A stretch of 63,913 bases of DNA, counting the filler, from Octopus bimaculoides (taxonomy: Eukaryota), in assembly GCF_001194135.2 (NCBI RefSeq). It is 5 parts of 5 records of this genome, joined end to end, with 100 filler letters (N's around TTAATTAATTAA, not from the genome) between each part and the next. Parts side by side here need not be neighbours in the genome. Positions count along the whole stretch, not along the records: positions 1 to 13,101 come from NW_026341538.1; positions 13,202 to 29,177 come from NC_068990.1; 3 more parts are not named here. One strand, written 5' to 3'. This document shows positions 11,126-22,260 of the stretch, piece after piece. The notes beneath the pieces are model-generated. The model was not told where the DNA came from. It ran no database searches and saw only the letters and a program-made list of their open reading frames with translations. Positions within the stretch are counted from its first letter, which is position 1, and the number at the start of each line of letters is the position of its first letter. Made by a program: the position numbers and the translations under genes.

Positions 11126-11519
11126 TACTGGTGATAGATATAAGGGAGTGAGCTGGCAGTTCCAATAACATGCGGGGTTAAGTGTTTGTGTCATTTTGTN
11201 NNNNNNNNNNNNNNNNNNNNNNNNNNNNNNNNNNNNNNNNNNNNNNNNNNNNNNNNNNNNNNNNNNNNNNNNNNNNNNNNNNNNNNNNNNNNNNNNNNNN
11301 NNNNNNNNNNNNNNNNNNNNNNNNNNNNNNNNNNNNNNNNNNNNNNNNNNNNNNNNNNNNNNNNNNNNNNNNNNNNNNNNNNNNNNNNNNNNNNNNNNNN
11401 NNNNNNNNNNNNNNNNNNNNNNNNNNNNNNNNNNNNNNNTGGGGGGGGGTGCTAATGAAATCAGCTGCTTTATTTCATGTTGCTCCAGTTCACTGAGCTG
11501 TAGAAATGAGTTGCGACAT

Positions 11520-11710
11520 CAATGGTGCCAAGCTGTATCAGCCCCTTTGCCTTTCCCTTGGATAACATCAGTGGCATGGAGAGGCAAGGCTGGTGTGCAT
11601 GGGCAATTGCTGGTCTTCCAGACATCCTCGCCCAGACTTCTGTCTCAGACAGAAAACTTTCAGGGTGCAATCTTATGGTCATTCATGACCAAAGGGAGTC
11701 TTTACCCTGT
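11520..11710 (+). mobile_element. Dispersed repeat family G, 3' part
   Basis: ggtgcaatct(t/c)atggtcattcatgacc(a/g)aaggga.tctttaccct also at 44738-44782. Confidence 0.55.
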
Positions 11711-11924
11711 AGCAGCAGCAGCAGCAGTAGTATTAGTAGTAGTACATGCACACTGACAAACATAGGTACATACATACATAACCATACATAATTATATACT
11801 CATACAAATGTATGCACAATATTATATATACCCAAAACACAAACACACTTTTATTCTTAATCTCATTGGAGATACCATTTTAATACACAGGGAAAACAAC
11901 AAATATAGATATGTATATATGGGA

Positions 11925-12120
11925 GAATTTATGCAAAAAACAACAGACGAAGACAGGTGGTGTAAACAACAAATGGATGTATTAGTTTAACGCTCGGGAA
12001 TAGAGAAAGTCTTTAACGTTTCGAGCCTACGCTCTTCAACTGAAAGAAACACACAAAGAAATAAGGAGAAAAACAAGGAGAAAAAGAATATAAATGTAGT
12101 GGTCAGCGGTCTATCATGTT
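11925..12120 (-). mobile_element. Penelope-like terminal fragment with a degenerate minimal hammerhead fold (12010-12047)
   Basis: Minus strand: TCTTT-CAGTTGAA-GAGC gtag GCTC-GAAACGT-T-AAAGA. Confidence 0.5.
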
Positions 12121-12386
12121 GTCTGTGGAGAGTCATTCTCTTTTAGTGCCTTAGAATTTAACACACACACCGGTAAAATTTCCACTTATTCCTTTTTTTT
12201 AAAAATTTTTCTAAAATTTCCGCTGCGTCTTTCAACCTTTTCAATAGTTTTGAGAGTCAAGATTATTGAAAAGGTTGCAAGACGCAACGAAAATTTTAGG
12301 CAAATGAAAAAAAGGAAATAAGTGGTAATTTTACCGGTGAGTGTGTTAAATTCTAAGGCACCAAAAGAGAATGACTCTCCCCAGAC
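12121..12386. mobile_element. Palindromic foldback/MITE with arms of about 125 bp
   Basis: ggagagtcattctcttttagtgccttagaatttaacacac...ttttcaata mirrors tattgaaaa...gtgttaaattctaaggcaccaaaagagaatgactctcc. Confidence 0.85.
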
Positions 12387-12464
12387 ACAACAGGATATGC
12401 TACAACACACGAATTCACATAAAGAATCTTGCAAACCAAATCCAAAAACAGAATATATATATTT

Positions 12465-12690
12465 TCTTATATTCTTTTACCTGTCTCAGTCATTTTGACT
12501 GCGGTCATGCTGGAGCAGCACCTTCAGTCGAACAAACCGACCCCAGGACTTACTCTTTGTAAGACTAGTACTTATTCTATCACACACTTTTGCTGAACCG
12601 CTAAGTGACAGGGACATAAACACACCGACATTGATTGTCAAGCGATGGTGGGTGGATCAACACAGGACACACAAATACATATATATACAA
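12465..12690 (-). mobile_element. SINE family A tail half
   Basis: cagtcattttgactgcggtcatgctggagc...ttgtcaagcgatgg. Confidence 0.8.
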
Positions 12691-12725
12691 CAAATTATTA
12701 GTGCTAAGCAGTGTTTATGTATGAA

Positions 12726-12833
12726 CAGAATTAGTTAAGTTGAAATATGTTTGCCACATATTTCAACAGCGGAGTAATTTGCCTTTTAGCAGTTGAAATA
12801 TATGACAAACATATCTGAACTTACCTAATTCTG
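12726..12833. repeat. Small palindromic element whose arms each contain an internal hairpin
   Basis: cagaattagttaagttg... / ...gaacttacctaattctg; internal gttgaaatatgt / acatatttcaac. Confidence 0.75.
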
Positions 12834-13101
12834 AGCTTGCTTACCAACCACATGGTTCCGGGTTCAGTCCCACTGCGTGGCACCTTGGGCAAGTGTCTTC
12901 TACTATAGCCTCGGGCTGACCAAAGCCTTGTGAGTAGATTTGGTAAACGGAAACTGAAAGAAGCCCATCGTATATATGTATATATATATGTGCGTGTGTT
13001 TGTGCTTGTCCCCCTAGCATTGCTTGATAACCGATGCTGGTGTGTTTATGGCCCCGTAACTTAGCAGTTCGGTAAAAAGAGACCGATAGAATAAGTACTA
13101 G
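12834..13101 (+). mobile_element. SINE family A, truncated by the linker gap
   Basis: Matches 6336-6617. Confidence 0.85.
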
Positions 13102-13201
13102 NNNNNNNNNNNNNNNNNNNNNNNNNNNNNNNNNNNNNNNNNNNNTTAATTAATTAANNNNNNNNNNNNNNNNNNNNNNNNNNNNNNNNNNNNNNNNNNN
13201 N
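13102..13201. other. Artificial assembly linker (44N-TTAATTAATTAA-44N)
   Basis: Identical cassettes at 29178-29277, 46022-46121 and 62121-62220. Confidence 0.9.
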
Positions 13202-13247
13202 TCTTCTTCTTCTTCTTCTTCTTCTTCTTCTTCTTCTTCTTCTTCTT

Positions 13248-13346
<99 letters not shown>
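13202..13346. repeat. Compound (TTC)n(TTA)n microsatellite
   Basis: Read directly; the same compound occurs at 33491-33566. Confidence 0.95.
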
Positions 13347-13518
13347 GCTATTATAATTTTACTGCTCAATCTTTTATGAAAGCAATATTGATCTTTTTGC
13401 GAATAATTACCTAATCAGCGCTAAATTGATTATAGTTCTTTGATATATTGCGCTCTCTGAATTTATTTGGCCGGCTGTTCGGTTGCCTTGTTGGTGCAGC
13501 TGCTTGCTATAGTGTTTA

Positions 13519-13576
<58 letters not shown>

Positions 13577-13923
13577 GTCGTTGTCGTTATCGTTACTGCT
13601 GCTGCTGCTGCTGCTGCCGCTGGTTTTATTCTTTTACTTTCTCTTTCACTATTACTTGAATGTAATTCCATTCTGTCGCTAGGGAAGGAAGCCAACTTAT
13701 TGATTACAATAGAAGCAACTTGTTGAATATGTTCACGACCTGATTTTGCTTTATTATTTTTTTGTTATTACTGTTTTTTTTCTCTTCTTCTTCTATTCGA
13801 CATATGCAACAATCATCCCTCCATAATAACAGATATATTGACGTCAGAGGGAGATATGCAAATTTGCTGGCATTGCTGTTGTGAATAATTATATAAATAG
13901 ATAAGTCAATATTCCATATATGC

Positions 13924-13963
<40 letters not shown>

Positions 13964-13980
13964 ATACGCATACACATGTA

Positions 13981-14016
<36 letters not shown>

Positions 14017-14041
14017 TCTGTGTGTGCATATATGTGTGTGC

Positions 14042-14076
<35 letters not shown>

Positions 14077-14855
14077 TTATTTTAGAAGAATATAATGATT
14101 TCACAAAGGTGCAGTTAGATTTTATTTCAATAGATATATTTGAAAAGAAAGTTTCCCACTGGGTTTTACGTTTGAAAAAAAAAAAAAACCGCACGCTCAC
14201 ATCTTTCTAGTTGCCTGAACAATAAAACAGCTACTACGTTTCCGGTGCGGCAAGTACTGGCATCCGGTTTCGATATATCATTTTCAACTCTTCCACTTCA
14301 CTTACGCACAGATTAACCTTGGAACGTGTGATGAAGGTCACCACCATCATTTTCATTTTCTAAAAACCATCAAGACCGATTGGTCACGCATTTAGAAATT
14401 ATTTCTCCTTTTAAAACAAATCAAATATTGCCAACTATTTAACACTTTAATGACTGTAAAAGCATGTTTAACGTTATTTATAATGCATGACAGCTGAAAA
14501 GAATGGAAATTTTTCACAGTCTCTCAGTCTACTACTAAAAGTGGCTGCCGAATCTGCCTGGAATCGAATTTCAATGTCTTTACAAAGAGATACGATAGAT
14601 AATGAAGTGGTATGTTTGGTACGGAAGGGTGAAAGGCAGATGTTCACAGCTAGAATGCAACTCTTTATAGGTTTACTCCATCAGGACTAACCTGGAGGTG
14701 ATGACAAGCAAAAACCAAAATTACATATGAGAATTATAGGCGGGCAAACAGACACCATACCAGGTAGAAACATTGAACTCAGTATCTGCAATATCCCCAA
14801 CAATGAATTATAATGAATGGAGAATAAACTTTCTTATCAAAGAAGCTCATTCCTT

Positions 14856-15072
14856 GGTTGTAAACAAGTGTCTCGGTGGACAAGATCAGTGTAATCCAGC
14901 ATTTTACTTGGCTGTAAACAGTTATAATTGTACATGAGAACAGAATAATCTACCATGTCATATGGATGTAAACAGGTATCATTAGTTAATAAGAATGTAG
15001 TAATCCGCCATTTTACTGGACTGTAAAGAGTTATCATGGAGAATGAGAGTGGAGTAATCCAGGATTATATGT
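14856..15072. repeat. Degenerate 54-bp minisatellite, 4 units
   Basis: Units start at 14856, 14910, 14964 and 15019; each has tgtaaa(c/g)a and taatc(c/t). Confidence 0.75.
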
Positions 15073-15378
15073 GACAGCCATTATGAAACATTTATAAGTG
15101 ATTCACATGCCAGAAAAGTGGGCGATAAGTGTTCCTGCAGCTTTGCTAAAAAAATGGAACAGCTCTCTTCAGAATTCTTTACTTAAGAAAGTCTACTACG
15201 GATTCAAGCCTTGGTTTCTAGCTCTAAGACATCATCTCATTACTTGAGTTTAAACTTTACATTGACTTCATCTGAAAATAGAATTTAAAATTGATTTTAA
15301 ATAATGAAATATCTCAATGATGAATAATTAATATAATCACACTAGAGATATAGCAAAATCTGGTGTATAACTGTGTTA

Positions 15379-15416
<38 letters not shown>

Positions 15417-15418
<2 letters not shown>

Positions 15419-15542
15419 GTGACAATTAGTTGGCTGTCATAATAAAACTCAAATTTTAATAATTGATGAGATGCCGGAGCAGACTTCGGCACAGACATCC
15501 GAAACTCTGAGTTTTATTATGACAACCAACTAATTGTCACAT
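15417..15542 (+). mobile_element. Inverted-repeat element enclosing a type I hammerhead-ribozyme-like fold (Penelope-like or retrozyme remnant)
   Basis: 35-bp IR with 1 mismatch; inside: TAATAA-TTGATGA-GATG..CATC C-GAAACTC T GAGT-T-TTATTA. Confidence 0.65.
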
Positions 15543-15619
15543 GATATGTTTATAGATAAATTCCTCTATTTATATAATATCGAGGTCTCATTCCTTCTTT
15601 TGTTGTCATGTTATTATTA

Positions 15620-15693
<74 letters not shown>

Positions 15694-17147
15694 GTCAGTG
15701 AAAGAGAGAGAGAGACAGAGGCAGAGACAGAGAGACAGACAGAAGGAGAGAGGAGGAAAAGTTGTTGATCAGATTATATTTTTTTGTTTGTTGGAGCCTG
15801 TTGCATATTTTTGGTTCATCAAGTGGGTGGAGCTTAGTGGCTACAACGTAGGTATGGTATGGAAGTGTGTTTGTGTAACATAAAATTATCTTTATGGAAA
15901 AAAATAGAAATAAGTATTTAATGAAATAACATTAATGGACGAAACAAGAAGGGGAGGAGGAGGTTGAGGAGGAAGAAGAAGAAGAATTGGTTGGGAAAAT
16001 GACGAACAAGGGAAGAAAGAGAATAAGTTCTAATATGGAGGAAGCATAAATTTCCTTGCTTGGGTATTGAACTAAAATCCCAATAGTTTACCAAGCGATT
16101 TTCTTAACCATACCCGGCCTCGTGCCAATGCTGGAAACCATTATGGTTATAAAAGTTGTTTTCCATGAATGTCGGTATATCTGCCTGTTCAGAAAATTAT
16201 CTTCAAGAATTTCTGTTTAATTAAATTATCCTAATATTAACTAATGATATTAACTAATGAGATATTAACATTACATACGTACAATATAAATACAAACTTG
16301 GAATTAAACCAAATCCTATATCAGTGTGAAGCAATGGAGGCCACACACAAATATTTCTGCTTAAACAAGCCAAGATAATATCCATGTTAATTTATTGCTA
16401 CTACAGTAAAGTCTACATATAATGAAATATAATTATGTTAAATTAATTATATGCATAAATTAAATTTCTGTTGATTAAACTTTCTTTCGTTGAGGAATAT
16501 ATGTTCATATATAATGAAAGCGAATCGTTCAGATATAGTGAGCTTGCATTAAAGAGTAAAATGTAGGAATAGCTATAGAGTAAAAGTTAAGAATGTGAGC
16601 GCACGCGCGTTTGTGTATGTATATGTGTGTGTGCGTGCATGTATGTGTGAGTGTCAGCGTGCGTGTGCGTGTGTGTGTATATATGTGTATATGTATGTAT
16701 GTATATATATATANNNNNNNNNNNNNNNNNNNNNNNNNNNNNNNNNNNNNNNNNNNNNNNNNNNNNNNNNNNNNNNNNNNNNNNNNNNNNNNNNNNNNNN
16801 NNNNNNNNNNNNNNNNNNNNNNNNNNNNNNNNNNNNNNNNNNNNNNNNNNNNNNNNNNNNNNNNNNNNNNNNNNNNNNNNNNNNNNNNNNNNNNNNNNNN
16901 NNNNNNNNNNNNNNNNNNNNNNNNNNNNNNNNNNNNNNNNNNNNNNNNNNNNNNNNNNNNNNNNNNNNNNNNNNNNNNNNNNNNNNNNNNNNNNNNNNNN
17001 NNNNNNNNNNNNNNNNNNNNNNNNNNNNNNNNNNNNNNNNNNNNNNNNNNNNNNNNNNNNNNNNNNNNNNNNNNNNNNNNNNNNNNNNNNNNNNNNNNNN
17101 NNNNNNNNNNNNNNNNNNNNNNNNNNNNNNNNNNNNNNNNNNNATAT

Positions 17148-17575
17148 AGGATAGCTGTCTTCTTAGAGAGCCACAATCTTCTAAATTTAAACCATTATGG
17201 GGTTTTCGCTGCGACAGGGGCTATCTAACACAACTCTTACATCACATCGATGATGTCCTTAAAGCCTTGGGATCAAGTTCGAACTCTGACGTCATATATC
17301 TGGACTTTAGCAAAGCGTTCGACAGAGTCGACCACAATATCCTACTGTCAAAATTGTCAAATATTGGAATCCGTGGAAAACTACCACACTGGAATGAGGA
17401 TTTCCTGGAAAACAGAACACAACGTGTTGTGATTGGTGGAATCCACACAAGCCCAGCAAAAGTCACCAGTGGTGTCATTCAGGGGACTGTTTTGGGCCCG
17501 CTTCTGTTTATAGTATATATAAACGACATTTCAATCGTCATCAAACACAGCAATGTGAAAATATTCGCCCATGAC
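17148..17575 (+). mobile_element. CR1-like LINE reverse transcriptase fragment
   Basis: DVIYLDFSKAFDRVDHNILLSKL...SGVIQGTVLGPLLFIVYINDI...KIFAHD (degenerate FADD). Confidence 0.92.
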
Positions 17576-17613
17576 CCCATGTATGCATGCATATATACCT
17601 ATATATCTATATA

Positions 17614-17785
17614 TGAACTCTGATCAAAAAGTATCGGGAATGGCGCTGTATAAAGAATACTACAACATATATACATTCGGCAATTAAACTACTTCGAAGG
17701 AGTCTCCTTCTGAAGCCACACATTTTATCCAGTGTCGTTTCCCTTGATGGTAGCATTGCTGGAACTCCTGTTTCAGAAGTTATGT
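17614..17785 (-). mobile_element. Mariner 3' end with TIR
   Basis: Minus strand FQQCYHQGKRHWIKCVASEGDSFEVV*; TIR-like tgaactctgatcaaaaagtatcggga. Confidence 0.7.
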
Positions 17786-19494
17786 ATGACTTATGTAGGA
17801 AATGTTATTACAGTTTATATGAAGTTGTCGTTATCGTCATCGTCGTCGTTTATATCGATCGTCTTTCATTGGTCAGCTTAGGTTTCTATGAAGCTACTGA
17901 ATTTGTTGGCGAAACTTTGCATTGTTAACAGATATGTGAACAGAAAGGATGTCAATGGAACGATGTAAGTGGCAGTTGACATAATTGGAAGCTGCAAACA
18001 TTGGCATTTAGTTGGAAATATCAAAGTTGTCATCGGCTGAAGTGAAAACAATCCTACCGAGTTATGGATGGAAAAGGAAAGAATAAAATGAATCTCAAAA
18101 TAGGAGAAAACAAACGAAAGAGAGAAAGAATATTCAGAGAAACCAAATCCAAAACAAACACAAAGGAGACAAGACATAAATCAATAATAGAAATTTTTTT
18201 AAAAAGTAGAAAGAAAAGTTGAATAGGAAACTCGTAATAACATCAACAACAGCGATGTTAATAATAATGATTATTTTTAGAATCGTTATTTTTATTATTA
18301 TCATAGCGTAACCCTGCCTGTTTAACAGCGAAAGTAAACAAGCAGACAAGTTTGCAAAGATGGCGAATCTCTCGTCAAATACCGACTACTGAGAAATTCA
18401 TACAATCCTGGGTCTGTTAATAAATATTTGCTTAGACGAGACGGAAAGAAAGCAACTTTTCTTTCATCAATCACTTGCAGCTCATTTTATCTGCTGCAGA
18501 TTCGTTTCAAAATATTGGTTTATTGTTCACCATTTTTCTTTTTGCACGTTGTTACCATTGCTCCGAATTCTTCCAGCACAAACCGACAAAACATCCCCTG
18601 TTCACGCCTTTCCTTACTCCGAATTTGTTTCAAGAAAAAGAATTATTAGATTAGACTTTCGATTTCTTTTTGTCAACTGCACAAATAGTGAATATAATTA
18701 GTGACATCTGTTGTTGTTGGCAACTATGAAGACAGTTTCGCTAACCTGAATGACACGCACATCCTTGTGATGTGGTGAGGTTCATTCAGAAATAATCTGT
18801 GTGGTTAGACACATCAATGTGGATCATCCAACTAACTTCTTTTGATAAATCAACGTCTATTATGGGATATTTCACCAGATCTTCAGTACGTATTAAACTG
18901 AGGTAATACTGTCTTTTCCCACCGCATGTTCAATATTTAATTTGAATTTTAATGTTCACTTCATTAAATATACTAATATTAACTTGACTATTGTTTGATT
19001 TGGAGATGATACATCCGTGCAATTAACCTCTGCTATTTATTTTGTTAAATATGATCAGCTTTTGCACCCACGCATCTTACAGTATATAGTACAGCTACTT
19101 AATGATTCTAACATCGTTATTCGGTATGTACGATGCTGTCAATGAGGTTGTTGTTGGTGGTGGTGATGGTGGTCACAGTGGTAGTGGTGATAACAGTGGT
19201 AGTGGTGGTGAAGACAATGGTGATGGTAGTTGTGGAAATGATGGTGGTCGCGACATTAGTGGCGATGCTATTAGTACTGGTGACATTAGTGTTGGTGTTG
19301 GTGGTATTGAATACATTCTCCTCTACATCTCCACTCCTCAAACAATAGGGAATCGGCGAAAGTGAATAGCGGGTGGCAATGACTTCTAATAAATAGTGAA
19401 GGAACGACGTTACTCATTCTTAAAATGCTTGTCTTCAGCAGGTCTTTGAAGTACTTAAAAATGAACACTATTCCTCAAAAAATTACTTACTTAG

Positions 19495-19720
19495 CGAAAT
19501 TTATCATGGCAAACGTTCTGGATGTTGGGAGGAAACCAAGCTCCAAACCTTATGATATTTTTTTTCAAGAAACCCACCAGGATCCATTGAAGATTTACAT
19601 CCAATCCAACCACTCACCATCATCAAACATAGGTCAATAAGCATCAACAATAGGCTGAATGTGTTATCCTTCGATGAAAGTACCATCAACAGAGGACTAC
19701 AGGGAAATGCTTTCACGTTA
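19495..19720 (+). mobile_element. Penelope-like element RT C-terminal fragment, frameshifted
   Basis: ANVLDV...KP / KIYIQSNH / TIIKHRSISINNRLNVLSFDE recalls the PLE FLDV..YRKP..YI..SNHP..I..RL pattern. Confidence 0.55.
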
Positions 19721-20589
19721 CTAATACAAAGAGGGAAATAAAATGCTCACCAGCAACATCTAACAACCATCCTAAACATACTTAGAAATATCATATGATA
19801 TAATGTATTATATAATTTTGTTGTAAAACAAAACAAAAAGGGCGTTGTAATATATTTCCGCTCCCTAATGGAGAAACATTTAACTGAACAGCCTTAAATA
19901 TCAACAGCGCTTTAAAAAAAAAAAAGAACAGAATTAAGATGAGTTACAGTTTCATGTAAAACATGTCTTGTGCCATTATGAGTCACAATGTAAAAAACAA
20001 CTGGAAACAAATACGCGCACACACACACACACACAGGGCACAGGGGCGAATTGACGTACATAGAATGTTGGACCGAAAGTTTCACGCATTTGTTCTGAAT
20101 CTCGACGTCCTGAGTTTAAAATACTACGAAGTTAACCTTGTCTGGGAATCGATAAATATGTACCAATTCCAAGAAATGCATTGGTGAATTGGTGTGAATG
20201 TTAGACCGAATGCTTTGTACTGAGTTCAAATTCCGCCTCGGCCTACTTTATCTCTATACTTAGTCGCTCGGTGAAAAGCCACCATTAGGCACCTTACGTA
20301 CGTGAACCAGGTTTCTGGTTTGAAGATGCCTTTCAGCTGTGCACAAATCTCGGAGGCCCTGGAACAAGTTACGGACATTGGTCTCACTCTTAACTTAACA
20401 GATAAAAATAAGCACAGTCACACACACCGTATCTCTCTCTCTCTCTCTCACTCTTATACACACACACGCACACACGCATACACAAACACTCACACACATA
20501 AACTATAAAATGTCAGGAGATATGAGAGACGAATATATTTATTTAATCACTTGTTATCCTCAAGCTTACGGCCATTTCGCAACTTTCAT

Positions 20590-20930
20590 CATGTAATATT
20601 AATTTCAGTGTATAGTAAATCATTTTACATATCTGTCCAAATAGGCATGCAACACATTATACAATACAACTGTATAATACAACCGTATAATACAACTGTA
20701 TATACAAATCAATGCAGATAAAGAAAGCTAGCTGATCACTTCACCAGAACCTCATGGTTCAACCAATGCTTGAAGTATTGGTTTAACCATGATACTCTCG
20801 TGATGTGATGAGCTTGTTTGCTTTATCTGCATTGATTTGAAAATGTTCAATTGTATTGTACAATGTATAGCAAGCATATTAGTACAGGCATGTAAAATAA
20901 TTTATTATACACTGAAATTATTATTACGTG
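20590..20930. mobile_element. Imperfect foldback palindrome with arms of about 160-180 bp
   Basis: caaatcaatgcagataaag / ctttatctgcattgatttg; ttcagtgtata / tatacactgaa; centre near 20772. Confidence 0.8.
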
Positions 20931-21194
20931 TTAAGCTACGAAACTAAAGATAATAAGTTGCTAAATAAATACGTTCACATTTCATATCCCTTGATTTGTT
21001 TATGGTTTACATACTTCTCATGAAGTTGTTTTAGCAATTGAATTTGAATTTCAGCTGTATACAACTCTGCATTACACTCCTCCGTATTAGATAACTATGT
21101 GGCATGATAGCTGGGACCAGTAAAAGAGCTTTCTGTGATAACCACATGATTCTGGGAATCCATATATGGTCATAAGTATTGTCATGATTTTAGG

Positions 21195-21227
<33 letters not shown>

Positions 21228-22194
21228 NNNNNNNNNNNNNNNNNNNNNNNNNNNNNNNNNNNNNNNNNNNNNNNNNNNNNNNNNNNNNNNNNNNNNNNNN
21301 NNNNNNNNNNNNNNNNNNNNNNNNNNNNNNNNNNNNNNNNNNNNNNNNNNNNNNNNNNNNNNNNNNNNNNNNNNNNNNNNNNNNNNNNNNNNNNNNNNNN
21401 NNNNNNNNNNNNNNNNNNNNNNNNNNNNNNNNNNNNNNNNNNNNNNNNNNNNNNNNNNNNNNNNNNNNNNNNNNNNNNNNNNNNNNNNNNNNNNNNNNNN
21501 NNNNNNNNNNNNNNNNNNNNNNNNNNNNNNNNNNNNNNNNNNNNNNNNNNNNNNNNNNNNNNNNNNNNNNNNNNNNNNNNNNNNNNNNNNNNNNNNNNNN
21601 NNNNNNNNNNNNNNNNNNNNNNNNNNNNNNNNNNNNNNNNNNNNNNNNNNNNNNNNNNNNNNNNNNNNNNNNNNNNNNNNNNNNNNNNNNNNNNNNNNNN
21701 NNNNNNNNNNNNNNNNNNNNNNNNNNNNNNNNNNNNNNNNNNNNNNNNNNNNNNNNNNNNNNNNNNNNNNNNNNNNNNNNNNNNNNNNNNNNNNNNNNNN
21801 NNNNNNNNNNNNNNNNNNNNNNNNNNNNNNNNNNNNNNNNNNNNNNNNNNNNNNNNNNNNNNNNNNNNNNNNNNNNNNNNNNNNNNNNNNNNNNNNNNNN
21901 NNNNNNNTATATATATATATATATGGATATACCTATAGCTATATCTACATGTACATATATCTATAACTATATATATATGTACATACATACATGATCACGC
22001 ATAGACATACACGCACACGCATTCATAAAAGCACAGGCACTCATATATATGGCACACCTATGTTTTCTATCAATTTGATCCATTTTACCGAATGCAATCT
22101 CCGTTCACGTGCCCTGCACACAATCTATGAGCGTACTGCCACACCTTTACTTATCAGCAACGACACATAAGAGAACAGATATACTACGATTACG

Positions 22195-22260
<66 letters not shown>

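Noticed and set aside
18355-18392. AAGATGGCG start context
   Set aside because: The ORF closes after 10 codons and there is no donor site.
17890-18960. Weak LINE RT-like peptides on the minus strand (SADDN...; SWMIHID)
   Set aside because: Too degenerate, and in the wrong mutual order for one element.
19102-19365. Gly/Asp-rich or Thr-rich ORFs (also 5068-5800, 26817-27163 and 43435-43900)
   Set aside because: Trinucleotide low-complexity DNA open in several frames on both strands, with no splice or domain support.
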